Positions 27,167-40,174 of a stretch of DNA of 64,000 nucleotides are shown here, one piece after another. The position numbers and the translations under genes were made by a program. Under the pieces are notes generated by a model, which worked only from the letters and a program-made list of their open reading frames with translations, did no database searches and had not been told where the DNA came from. Numbering within the stretch: the stretch's first letter is position 1; each line of letters starts with the position of its first letter. Source of the DNA: Octopus vulgaris (Eukaryota); assembly GCA_951406725.2 (NCBI GenBank), contig OX597824.1:36828001-36892000 (forward strand). The letters run 5' to 3'.

Positions 27167-29033
27167 ACTGTCCCCCCCCCACACACACACAAACACAGTT
27201 TACTGTAAATTGTGCCAAATATCAAGAGACGATGATGATGATATCTAAGACATATTGCAATATTTATATTTGTCTCTTGTTTGATATGTTAGTATAGTAA
27301 TACTACAGAGTTGCTGGGGGTTTGTAGGAAAGCGAGGAAACTAATTCACATTGCTAAAGGATAAGTGCATCAGTTGGTTGATAGTATCGAAGCGGTATTA
27401 CACAAGAAGATATAGAGCAGCTGTATTGTTAGTAATGCAGCATATAGCAATGTAGATGATATTGTTTAAAGAAGGGAAGATGTAGTAATAGCATAAGATA
27501 ACATTAGTAGTAATTAGAGTGTCTAGTTAACAGTGTGATACTGTTGTAGTGAAGGCAACATAGTGGAATATATAATTTAGTATTAATTATAGTATGTGGT
27601 AGAGGAGTGAAAGAATACAATAGTCAATAGTTAACGTAGTAAGTGTTATAGCAGACATGTGTAGAGGAAGAGTTTTGGCAATAATAATAAAACAATTATA
27701 TATTCTTTTTGCAATAAGAAATAAAGAAAGGAGGAAGGAGAGAAAAGAGAAAGTCGGCAGTATGAATTTGAATGACGATGGGTGGGGAATAAGTGAATTA
27801 GAATCAATAATGGTGTTATAATTTTTCCAATAAATCTCTTGCCAGCTTCTCTGATCATACTGTTTCTGTTTCATCTTTCTTTGATTCACTGAAAAATCAG
27901 TAAAATTTTATGACATGCTACAGGCAGAAAAATCTATGGAACACCATATCGATTTCAATTGACAAATTGTTAATTGAACATATTTAAATTTTCCCTGATG
28001 CTTTACTGTATGTTCATTTGTAGGCTTTGAACATTTACATATATTGCACTTTATATGGACACTAACATTCACTCTAAATGTGGGGTTTGAATAAAAGAGG
28101 GAATGGTATTTTTGGTCAGAGACAACAGCAGCAACAGTCTAAAGTTAGTTGCACAGATACATGAATGTGTATACGTATATGCATACATGTATGCATGTTT
28201 TTACCTCATGTCTATATGTAAACATGTTTATACACACACACATACACACACAAATATATAAACACAAATATTTATACATATACATATACAGAGAAAGAAA
28301 GCGAGTGAGTATCTATGAGCAAGTGATGTATGTAGTTATGTGTTTACACATCAATAACACAATAAAGGACATTGTGTTGCATCTTATTCCTTAATTGTTA
28401 TTTCCAGAATTTCAATTTTTGATCTTTATTGTCCCTCACACCCCTGTTCATGAATAGGCTTCAAATAACCAACAGAAATAAAAATTCAATTATTAACACA
28501 CCACAAAATTTTCAACTTCCAGATTTTAATAAGTAGAGCGGGCATACAAGTACTACACTATCGCTGAGATTAACTATGCACTTACAATCTGAAGCAACTG
28601 CAGCAATAAAAAGTGAAAGGCCTCTCCATTTGTCTCAATATTTCAACTATTCCAGTTCTTCAATCAACCATGAGAGAACACCTTCATTCAGGTACTGTGT
28701 CCATGGCACATGTGATTCACTGGTTCATCAGTGTGAAGGGACTTTGATTCCCTGTGGTGTTTCTAACTCAGTCAAAGAAACCCCACTGAGCTGATGAATC
28801 TGACAAGAGCACAAGCTCTCGTTTATAGGAAACAAGCAAATTATTTGCTAATGCATACAGATATCTGGTTTAATTTAATTATATATATATATATAATTAA
28901 ATTAAACCAAGGATATAAAATCCTCTTAAAGGGATGTTAGCATCCAAGTTCTCCGGTTTTATCCAGTGTATCAGTGAAAAACCAAAGACGTTAGTTTCAC
29001 ATTGATGGATATGTGTATCTTACCATTTTTGTG

Positions 29034-29513
29034 TGAGAAAAAGAAAACAGAGAAATTGGTATACAGATATTAATTATTAGCACATATTCAATTCCGAACA
29101 ATATAAACCCCATTACACCTACAGCTGTTTCTATGCCCAACCAAATATTGTTTAAGCTAACTAATGGATGCTTTTGTTTGTCAACACATTACACACACAC
29201 AGACAAATGCATTAACAAATTTGCATATACATATACACAAGTAACATTTTTTTTTAAATACATTTGTTGCCGAAACGCACATATTGGAGTCTAACAAGGG
29301 CCAAACAACACAATGGAATGTAGCTCTTTTCTATCAAATTCTTCTCCTGACGAAATAAACGATATTCAATATGAAAATGTAATTTAATTTCTTAAATTGA
29401 ATTGGTTGGGCATAGAAACAATTGTAGGTGCAATGGGTTTGATATTGTTTGGAATTGAAAATGTTCTAATAAATTAATGTCTATGTATCAATTTCTCCAT
29501 TTTCTTTTTCTCA
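29034..29513. repeat. Diverged inverted repeat (29034-29144 / 29402-29513) with partial HHR motif
   Basis: The arms are reverse complements. Both contain GAAA-CA(GC/AT)TG-TA-GGTG, and CTGACGA lies at 29347. Confidence 0.75.
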
Positions 29514-29516
29514 TAA

Positions 29517-29554
<38 letters not shown>

Positions 29555-30240
29555 TCTTTTATTTGTTTCAGTTATTCGACTGTAACCATACTGGAGCACT
29601 GCCTTTAGTCAAAGAAATCAACCCCAGGACTTATTCTTTGTAAACCAAGTACTTATTCTATTGGGGTTTTTTTTTCTTTTTTGCTGAACTGCCAAAGTAT
29701 GGGGATGTAAACACACCAACATTAATTGTCAAGCGGTGGCAGGGGAACAAAAACAGACACACACACATATATATGATGGGCTTCTTTCAGTTTCTACCAA
29801 CCAAATCCACTCACAAGGCTTTGGTTGGCCTAAAGCTATAGTAGAAGATACTTGCCCAAAGTGCCACACAGAGAGATTGAACCCAGAAAACCATGTGGTT
29901 GGGAAGCAAGCTTCTTACCATACAGCCATGCCTGTGCCTATATATATATAACTACATTGAAGGAATCTCTACAATGTCACTTGGCTTGCAAGAAATAATG
30001 GTCAAATTTCTCTTAAATTATATTCCATAATCTTTAAAAAAAAAAATTGGCAACTCATGTTGAATAATGTTTGAAAGACAAGATAGTCATGTAGTGGAAT
30101 GCCTTTGATCATGGGTCTGCTTGATCAGAGATGACCAAGGGCTAAAGAACAGCAACAACAACAAAAAGTATATTGTTTAGATTCAAAAAGCATTTCATTA
30201 TAGTTGTTGCCATCTTAAAAAAAACAACACACATTAGCAG

Positions 30241-30273
<33 letters not shown>

Positions 30274-32191
30274 TGCACACACACACACACACACGTGTAC
30301 ATACATAAAAATGTCAATGATGGCATTTCCTTGAGTGTGTTTAACTTGACTGGTTTAAAGTAGAACTAAATTCAATTTTATCCTCTCTCTCCCTGCCCAC
30401 CTCTGCCCACAGCATCCTTATTAGAATATGTTTGTTGTCTTCTCCAGCACCAAAACAGAAAACAACATCGACAGCAACAACATAAATATTTATCAAGTGA
30501 AGGTGATAGGATCAAATCAGTATTGTTTGAGAGCTTTTTATAAGTTTCTGATTTGATATTTCTTATTTTCTTCTTATCACAATGTGTGTGTGGGTGAGGA
30601 AGAAAGAACAAGAGAGGGAAAGAGAAACAGAGAGACAGACAGAGAGAGAGAGAGAAAAACTAAGTGGAGAGTGAAATAAGAGGGAGATAAGACAGGAAAT
30701 TATAGAGATTCAGGAAAACGAAAATAATTTTATTTTTCCAGGGGAAACCAATTCAATTATAGCCTTAAAGAATCTACCTGAGAAAAAAGTCATTTCAAGG
30801 AAATTAGCTGCCACATTGAAGAGTGAGCTGCTGCTGCAAGAGGCAAGATATTGGTTAGAGTGAAGATAGTGAGGAATGGTCTGTGAGATAAAATTGCTGA
30901 GTAGAAGTTCTCTTGCTAATAACAATATCTCATCTGTAACAAGTACTTCAAATCTTTATACTGAAGCAGAACAGATTCTCTGCACTTGCATGTTTTCGTC
31001 TAAATTGATGTGATTTTGAGGAAGTTATATAATGTAGTTCAGATAGAATAAAGAAGAAAAAAGAAGAAAAAGACAGAAACAAACTGATTAAAGATGTTTA
31101 AACTAATGCTAAAATTTCCTCTATAAAATATCAACTTGGTTTAAACAATTTTTCTGGAAAAGAGTTTAAGGTTGGGGAGATATTATAAAAAAAAATATGA
31201 TATTGATTTTTATACTTAAGCAGGAAACCATAAATGTGTACTAAAGGAAATAATATTGCATGGCATTAGAACCTTGTTTTAAGGGCAATAACAACCTAAA
31301 TGGTGTGAGTTAACTTCAAAGAACTAACAAGTTTACTATCATGGCTTTCCATAAACTTCCCTTAGACGATTCTCACAATTTCCAATGTTAAATGACAATA
31401 CATTAGTGTTAGAAAAACAGTGATTATCACTAGTAAACACCACAGTAACAAACTAAGTTAGTCTTACCAACTTCTAGGATCTGCTACCAGAAACAGTATT
31501 AAAAAAAAAAAACTGAAGCTTTAGGGACACCAATCATTTCTTCAGGCTAAATACATTCCAAGAAGAGAGTTACAGATCATTGTTGAATATATCTAAGGTG
31601 TATAATTGTCGAAGTTTCTGTTGGTGTGCAGTGCTGACATTTAAAAGTTTCTTGTGGACAAAGACCACAAAGAGTAAGAGAGTTGTTCCAAGAAAAACAA
31701 GTAAATTGCAGAAAATTCTAGTTTCTAATGGAGAATTTATCTGTTTCTTTAAATCTGTCTTTGCATATCTCAAAGAAATATTTCTACAACAGAGAATCAC
31801 ATGGATGAATAGGAAACTTTAGAAATGGAACAATAAACAAAATTATTGATCCAATAAATCGATCAATTGAAACCTATTTTCCTCAAAGTGATTTATATTT
31901 GCACAAGTCAATCCTATATAGGAGAAAATGACAGCACACTTACAAATAATTACCAACTAATTAACACATGACAGCATTATTAGTAGACAATATTTCATAA
32001 GCAAATACTGAACAGAAGGTTACTTAGCATTACTGATTACTTCTTAATGAGAAATTATCAGTTTCAGGAAGGATTAAAATTGATTCTTAAAATGCTTTTG
32101 ACAATGTGAATTAACCAAATTCTTTAGCTCGCACTCTGTTCGTTACTATGATGAGCATTCCATTTGATCCAATCAAAGGAACAGTCAGCTC

Positions 32192-32356
32192 GGAGTGGCT
32201 GTGTGGTAAGTAGCTTGCTTATCAACCACATGGTTCCAAGTTCAGTCCCACTGTGTGGCACCTTGGGCAAGTGTCTTCTACTATAGCCTCGGGCCGACCA
32301 AAGCCTTGTGAGTGGATTTGGTAGATGGAAACTGAAAGAAGACCATCGTATATAGG

Positions 32357-32393
<37 letters not shown>

Positions 32394-32604
32394 TTATGTG
32401 TTTGTGTTTGTCCCCCCCCCCCCAACATTGCTTCAAAACCAATGCTGGTGTGTTTATGTCCCCGTAACTTAGTGGTTCGGCAAAAGAAACCAATAGAATA
32501 AGTACTAGGCTTACAAAGAATAAGTCCTGGGGTCGATTTGCTCAACTAAAGGCAGTGCTCCAGCATGGCCACAGTCAAATGACTGAAACAAGTAAAAGAG
32601 TAAA
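32192..32604 (+). mobile_element. SINE family A, full length, inserted in a SINE C-related copy
   Basis: Consensus match. Other family A copies lie at about 8590-8877(-), 24120-24543(+), 29553-29935(-), 34106-34468(-), 51785-52070(+), 54050-54405(+), 56623-57081(-) and 59005-59400(-). Confidence 0.9.
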
Positions 32605-33740
32605 GTGGCTGAGCACTCCACAGAGACATGTAAGCTTAATGTAGTTCTCAGGATGATTCAGCATGACAGAGAATGTAACAAGACTAGCCCTTTTGAATTA
32701 CAGGTACAATTCATTTTTGCCAGCTGAGGGGAGTGGAACAACATGAATTAAAGGGTCTTGCTCAAGGACACAAAGCACCACTGAGAATCAAACTCACAGT
32801 CTTGCAATCATGAACCTGATGCCCTAACTTCTAAGCCATGCACCTTCACAAATTCTAATGAAAAAAGACTCAAGCAAATAACAGTAGAAGCTAAATGGTT
32901 CATATAATTTTTAAGTCTCTGTGTATGTCTCTATGTGTGTATACACAGAGACACACACACTCACACCATTCTGACCTCTAAGACCAGTCCCAAAAACCAC
33001 TGAACCATGAAAGACTAGCTGTGAAACAAAAAAAAACCTTTCAATTCCACATTGCTCTAATTTTCCCCCACCCCAACCAACCTCCCATATTGTCCCTTAA
33101 AATAGCAAACAACCCTTAGCTTCACATAAAATATAAAATGCTAAAACAGGTCAGTTCATCTCAAATTCTTTGTAAACTCCTAAATATATCTCCTTCTGTG
33201 TATATATATATATATATACTACCAAATATGACTTTTTTGGAACTCCTAATACTTTTCTGCGTATGATGCTTCCAAACAGATGCTTCCAAATAGATGCTTC
33301 CGTATGATGCTTCCAAACAGATGCTTCCAAATAGATGCTTCCAAACAAACATGATTTTTAATGAACTAATATTTTTATTGAACTTTTTGTCTAATATTTT
33401 GTCAGATATTTCCTTGTAAACTGTTTTTAACATTTTCTTATTATTATCAAAGAATGTATATATATATATTGTAATACTTTGTGACAACCAGTACTTAACA
33501 CAACAAAGCTCATACAAAGCTTTACATTTTACTTTTGACAATCTTTTTCTAAAAAAGTGAAACCGGTCAAGTGAATAAACATCTTTAAAATTGCATCTTC
33601 AAACCTTCTTTCATATATATATATATATTTAAGTAGGTGAATGAATTATCCTAGCATGGAAAATTCGTCAGAAAACACGGTTGAAGCGACCTGTCAAGGG
33701 TAGAAACTCCGGGTTCTTGTGTGGAAATTTGTGTGTTTTT

Positions 33741-34077
33741 TATATGAATAAATGAAAGAATGAAGTCGAACGAAGATGTTAACAAAATTCCTTTACTCTC
33801 GACACCTGTTTCGAAGACAGCATACTTTTATTCCGAAGGAATAAAGGGTGCATTATGCAATCTTCTCATCAGGAAAGATAAGGAGTCTCTCTCAGCCACA
33901 AGACAAACAAAAAATTTTGTGGCTGAGAGAGGCTCCTTATCTTTCCTGATGAGAAGATTGCATAATGCACCCTTTATTCCTTCGGAATAAAAGTATGCTG
34001 TCTTCAAAACAGGTGTCGAGAGTAAAGGAATTTTGTTAACATCTTCGTTCGACTCCATTCTTTCATTTATTCATATA
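33741..34077. mobile_element. Near-perfect foldback element (161-bp arms, 15-nt loop) made of two Penelope-type pseudo-LTR/HHR units
   Basis: 33741-33901 is the reverse complement of 33917-34077, with 3 mismatches seen. Confidence 0.95.
33796..33877 (-). ncRNA. Type I hammerhead ribozyme (left arm of foldback)
   Basis: CTTTC-CTGATGA-GAAGAT[..TTTATTCC ttc GGAATAAA..]GTCTTC-GAAA-CAGGTG-TC-GAGAG, intact core. The right-arm copy 33941-34022 (+) has GAAA changed to AAAA. Confidence 0.83.
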
Positions 34078-35685
34078 TGTATATATATATATATATAATT
34101 ATATATTACTTGTCTCAGTCTTAGACTACAGCCATACTGGGGCATCACCTTGAAGAATTTTTAATTGAATGAATTGACCCCAAACTCATTTCTGTTAAGC
34201 CTGGTGCTTATTCTATCATTCTCTTTTTACCAGACCACTATGTTACAGGGACAAAAACACACCAACACTAGTTGCCAAACGATGGTGGGGGACAAACACA
34301 CACACACACACACACATAATTATATATTTATATATAGGACAGGCTTCTTTCAGTTTCTGTGTACCAAATTCACTCATAAGGCTATATAGTAGAAGAAACT
34401 TGCCCAAGGTGCCACACAGTGGAACTGAACCTAGAACCATGAGGTTGGGAAGCAAGTTTCTTACCACATATATAATTGCACAAATTCTCATCCACCTGTT
34501 GTATCCATACTATACCCTCACATCTCATGATCATCCATAATTTCCTAACTACAGAACATATTATCTACCCTCTCATATCTGACTCACCCTGCCATAACAC
34601 TCTTAACTGAGACGAAAATACTCAATTTGTGTTTAAAGAATATCTCCCTTACCCATACCACCACATCAACCACATACCCTGCCACCCCTCAAAAATTCAT
34701 GATCCTTACTGAATTATGAATCCCTGTGCTTGAGTGTGAAGGGGACTGCATGCTGACAACCTTTTCCTACCTCCCCTCTTTTGTCACTATGCTCTCTTGC
34801 ACATGTTACCTTGAGATTTACCCTGGCCCCTCTCATCAACCATCTCATTGCCTCCACACCCACACCCCTCTATCCACCCTTATCTAAAGCGGGCGGGTGG
34901 GGGAAGTACGGCATCTCCTCCTACTCTTCCCCCCCATTCTCCTACCTCAACACCCTTATCACACCAAGTACCCCCCACCCGCTCTCACTAATCCACTCAC
35001 ACTATGCTCCTCTCCTGCTCCCCTACTCCATTACCCCCCCCCCACTTCCATATTATCTTTTCTTCACATACTATTTTACCCACCCATATATAACATGGTG
35101 CAGCACTATATTCCCTCCTATTCAACTTTTACCTACTGTATTATCAGCCTCTCTCTCTCTCTCTCTTTCTCTCCCTTTCTCTCTCTCTCCCTCCCTTTCT
35201 CACTCTCTCTCCTTTTCTCTCTCTCTCACACACACACACACACCCCATTGATACTTCTTCACACTTTACTCTTTATCTCCACCCCACACTGCCTTGAACA
35301 GTGTCTCTGTCCCCTCTCAACAATAAACCTGTGTAACTCCAGCAACAAAAAAATGTCATTGTTCAAGTGTATGTATGCATGTATGTCTGTCTGTCTGTGT
35401 ACAACATATATATATATGATGAGGATGCATATAAGGATGGTTGTGAGAATAAAGAATATAGATATAACAGGAGTATATATATATATGAATTAAAGCAAAA
35501 CCCCATAAACATCCAAGTTAAATATATTCTTTGTCAGAAAAGTAACTGAAAGCAACCAAGTGTAAAACACAGAAGCCACAGGTGACACAAATGTAAGAGA
35601 TGAATGATATAGCATTATTTTTTTTACCCCAAAATTTCAGGCCTTGTGCTTAGAGTAGAAAGAATTATTATCATTTTTATTATTA

Positions 35686-35720
<35 letters not shown>

Positions 35721-36186
35721 GAGTGAGAGAGCAGTTCATGCCATCAAAGTGACACTGGGGTAAAATATACGAAGCCCAATATACCCATCATGACTACCCG
35801 TCTGATAAGGGTACACCAGGCACATGCATCACAACCATATGTGCGCGACATGGTGATCTCATATCAAGATAAACAGCACATGACCTTGCAGGTGGGGCCC
35901 AGTTAGAATTTTCTTCAGGTTGAGTAGCCCATCTCACTCAAACGGTCCCTGAATAAGGGTTGTTTAATGATGTTGAAAGAACCCCCCATGTTTCCAGAGG
36001 TGAATTATTCAAACCCCAAAGAATCCCTCTCAACACATGGCTATGATGCTCCCCCACTACTTCTGCTCGTGATCAGAGATGCACATATCGTCAGCCACTA
36101 AGGGACATGCTCAACTGGCTAAGGTCAAACAACTGACAAGCAAATCTGTGGTATTGAGCAGAATATTTGCTGTAGCCCATCTTTTA
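35721..36186 (-). mobile_element. Non-LTR retrotransposon 3' end with (AAT)n tail (family D)
   Basis: Second copy at 41142-41708. Both abut (ATT)n tracts and share the same terminus. Confidence 0.7.
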
Positions 36187-36378
36187 TATTATTATTATTA
36201 TTATCATCATTAGGTCAATTTTTTGCCTTTCATCCTTTCGGGGTCAATAAATTAAGTACCAGTGAAACACTGGGATCAATGGAATCAACAGGTTCCCTCC
36301 TCCAAAATTTCAGGCTATGTGTCTATGACAGAAAGGATTATTATTATTATTATTATAATAATAATAATGATAATAATG

Positions 36379-36430
<52 letters not shown>

Positions 36431-37080
36431 CAACATTATTACTGTTGATATTGTTAATGGTATACTATTATTTACAGGCATTCATGATCCATTGAGTTGC
36501 CTGAAATGATCGAAAGAATGAAATATGAAGAACTGGTGAGTAAAGAATTACGGGTGTGTCAGAGCGATCTTATGCTGTTGGAGAATCTAACTCAAAAAGC
36601 ATAAATTTATTCTGAAAATTAATGATAAGAGTAGGTCATAACGTAAGAAGGTAGAACACACTGGCCCTGTGAGATTGATAAGATTAATATTGTTAATGTG
36701 CTTCTTAAACAGCTGCTGGTAAATATATGCAGAGAGGAAATGAAAGATTAGTCCAAATAGTTTCAATTCTTTTTGGAATCTCTTCAGGAATTCATCAATA
36801 ATTTATTAACTGAGTGAGCTGCCAACTACAAAGGATTATATAAAAGACAGGTGTTTACAAATGGGAGGTGAATTTAATGGTATTTCATTATGCATGCTGT
36901 GTCAGTTAAAGGTGTATTATAGCACCTTGCTTATTTTACTTTGCTTATAACAGCTCATCAAAGGTGATGACAGCATCAATCCAGAACATTTATCCTTCTC
37001 TGCCTCCAGTAGATTGTTTCTTACGGGAGCAGACGTGATGGACAAGACTAAGATAGGATAGGCAGAACCTGTGGCATAAA

Positions 37081-37311
37081 TGTGGCAAGCTGGCAGAAAC
37101 GTTAGCATGCCGGACGAAATGCTTACCAGTATTCATCTGCCGTTACGTTCTGAGTTCAAATTCCACCGAGGTCGACTTTGCCTTTCATCCTTTCGGGGTC
37201 GATAAATTAAGTACCAGTTACCCACTGGAGTCAATGTAATCGACTTAATTGCTATGTCTGTCCTTGTTTGCCCCCTCTATGTTTAGCCCCTTGTGGGCAA
37301 TAAAGAAATAA
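37081..37311 (+). mobile_element. SINE family B
   Basis: GGCAAGCTGGCAGAAACGTTAGCA...GAGTTCAAATTCC...GCCTTTCATCCTTTCGGGGTCGATAAA. TSD AGAACCTGTGGCATAAA. Confidence 0.9.
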
Positions 37312-37833
37312 GAACCTGTGGCATAAAGGGCACTGAAAGTGACACCAAACAACAGCCACAGGGGGTTGATGATAATGTCTCCTCTTCTCTTCATGCAGTT
37401 TCCTGCATTAGATTTCAAAGCACTCTACTCCAGCATCACATATGGACTTCCAGGGATTCGAACCAATTGGGAGGATCACCACATAAAATGAAAGCCTGCT
37501 TGAGATGATCTCCACTGGGTTGGCCATGAGATTCAGATGCCCAGTAATTGGCTCCCAAAGATGGTCCTCTTCAATGAGGTTGACACTGGACGTAGGCCTC
37601 ATGGACATCCAAAACTTCATTTACATGATCACCTCAAGTGCAATAGCACCACAATTCACACAATTCACTTAAAGCATCAGTAATTCACAAAACTTTCCCA
37701 AGCTCAGCCAATTCCTTTGTAAACAGATACCATAGCAAGGTAAGTCACTGTCATTGAAGCACAATAAAAATAATGGTGTTTAGTTTGCAAAGCTGATCTT
37801 AAACATTACCTGGAACTTATGGGGGGTACCCTC

Positions 37834-38250
37834 TTATTTCTTTATTGCCCACAAGAGGCTAAACATAGAGGGGACAAACAAGGACAGACAAAGGGATTAA
37901 GTTGATTACAACAACCCCAGTGCGTGACTGGTACTTATTTAATCGACCCCAAAAGGATGAAAGGCTAAGTGTCGACCTCGGTAGAATTTGAACTCAGAAT
38001 GTAGCAGAAGACAAAATACTCATTTCTTTACTACCCACAAGGGGCTAAACACAGAGAGGACAAACAAGGACAGACAAACAGATTAAGTTGATTATATCGA
38101 CCCCAGTGTGTAACTGGTACTTATTTAATCGACCCCGAAAGGATGAAAGGCAAAGTCGACCTCAGAGGAATTTGAACTCAGAACGTAGTAGCAGACGAAA
38201 TACCACTAAGCATTTCATCCGGCGTGCTAACGTTTCCGCCAGCTCACCAC
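37834..38250 (-). mobile_element. Dimeric SINE family B
   Basis: Two body units with one head, flanked by duplicated GAACTTATGGGGG(G)TACCCTCT. Confidence 0.88.
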
Positions 38251-39006
38251 CTGTTGTAAGAACTTATGGGGGTACCCTCTACTGTATCTTTTCTTGAATA
38301 TCTCTACTATTACTAATCCTACTTATGATGGGAAAATTAACTTTTCCATCAAATACTGACATTTTGCTTTGACCTGTTATGAATAGACGAGTAAGAATTT
38401 TTCTATCATATCGAAAGAAGTTCACCTTTTACACAGTATTTAAGATATAAATAAACACAGTTAAAAGGACATCAAAGAAAATCAGGCAACAAAAATGACA
38501 CAGTAGTAAAAAAAATCTGGTGCCCTGTCTGTTACAACAACAACTGTTCCAGTTAATCCCATCAATGGATCGACCTGCACATGAAATTAACATACAAGTG
38601 GCTGAGCACTCCACAAACATGCATACTCTTAATGTAGTTCTCAGAGAGATCCAGTGTGATAACGCTGGCCTTTTGAAATACAGGTATTACTCATTTTTGG
38701 CAGCTGAGTGACTTGTCCAAGAACACAATGTGCCACTGGGTATTGAACTCATGACCTAATTCTCTAGAATTGTTTTCCCTGCCACTGCTCTGTTACCACA
38801 AGGGAGAGAACTCATATGGTGACATGATGCACCTACAGTATGCTAAAGGTTAATGCAGAGCAATGGTTTTCCACCACTTTTTTGCCTATGGACCCCTCTG
38901 GTTCCTATTTTATTCTGCTAGAATACCACTGGGTATCGAACTCATGACCTAACTATCGTAAGCCGAATACCTTAACCACTCAGCCACATGTCTTCACTGA
39001 CGTAAA

Positions 39007-40157
39007 TTAGATTGTTTGACATGAAATGTCATATTTGAAAGGTACCAATAAAATGTTTCAGAAGTGTTAGGGGAACTGATTTATTTAATCAAAGTATGAT
39101 CCATGTTCATTTATGACATTTACCCAACATTTCTCTATGTCATATATTCCATCTCTATTAAGAATATTATTATTGCTTATGAAAAGTTCAAAATGCTTAA
39201 ATAAGTGATGATCAGTAGGAGAGATATTGGGGGAATAGGGAGGATGTTGCAAAATTTCATAATTCAGGCTTTGCAACTTTTGGGCTGTAGCTTGTCGTGG
39301 AGCAAAATTGGGCCATCTCTAGTCACTAGTCTGGGTTGCTTTTTTTCAAATTCTCTGACATACAATCAATTTCCTGGCAATACAATGTTGCTGTTACTGT
39401 TTTTCCTTGTTGCAAAAATGAATAATGAGTAACTCCCTTCGCAGACCACCATACAGTGACCACTAACTTTTTAGGATGTAATGGTGGGTTTGGGTAGTGT
39501 TTAGGTGGCTCTCCTGCATCTAATCACAGTCCTGTTCTCCTGCTGCTGTCAAAGAGTATCCATTTCTCATCACATTAATGATTTGATGCAAAAACGGTCT
39601 TTTTCCAGTTGAGAAAGCAATAAGGAGCACACTTCGAGGCGTCTGTTTTTTTTAATCTCATTCAGTTGATGTGGAACAAGCCTATCCATTTTCTTGACTT
39701 TTCTGATTTCTTACAGGTGTCCAAAAACAGCTGTACAAGATGTTTGGAGTTCTGATGAAAATTTTTCAACCTTTGTTCTAGGATTTTCTTCAACCAAAGC
39801 ATTTAATCCATCATGCCAAATAACTGATTTTGGTTTATTTTCAAGGCTATCATCTCCTGAACAAGAGCTTTGGAACCATCTCTGAACAATTCTGATGTCA
39901 AAAAAACTATTACTAAAGGCCTGCTTGATATTCCATAGAGCCTCTGTTGCAGAGTGACCCGGTTTATACTCATACGAGAAAATCACTTAACATAGTTTGG
40001 TTGTTATCATTTTCATAAGGTCTGTGGGTACAAATTTTGTATACCAATATTGTTGGGAAAGGAAAAGAGTCAAGATTAAATGCAAGGTATACATAGTTTT
40101 TAATCAACTGAAATAACAAGTAATTAAAAATGTGACATTTCATGTGAAACAGCCTAA
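39007..40157 (-). mobile_element. Decayed mariner (Tc1/mariner) DNA transposon
   Basis: About 30-bp TIRs TTAG(A/G)(T/C)TGTTT(G/C)ACATGAAATGTCA(T/C)ATTT at 39007-39036 and 40128-40157. Transposase remnants: HTH (IRIVQRWFQ), DEKWILFD and HPPYSPNISPTDHHLF. Stops and frameshifts present. Confidence 0.92.
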
Positions 40158-40174
40158 TAAAAAAAAACGATAAA

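Noticed and set aside
26030-27297. Long ORFs of 307-393 aa in several frames
   Set aside because: Produced by a stop-free 33-bp tandem unit. No splice or domain evidence, and they are open on both strands.
28725-28840. CTGATGA motifs at about 28726 (minus) and 28791 (plus); also 1746, 9055, 11843, 36089 and 39752
   Set aside because: No properly placed stem II / GAAA / UH / stem I pairing. Several lie inside LINE or mariner coding remnants.
30710-31020. Unique-looking segment with a short open frame and possible acceptor (nested gene?)
   Set aside because: No recognisable domain, start or consistent splice pair.
33260-33348. Short tandem GATGCTTCCAAA(C/T)A repeats; also small duplications at 17400-17655, 18300-18445 and 54790-54885
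   Set aside because: Ordinary local slippage duplications with no further structure.
33760-34058. Two mirror-image 76-aa ORFs
   Set aside because: A consequence of the palindrome, with no protein features.
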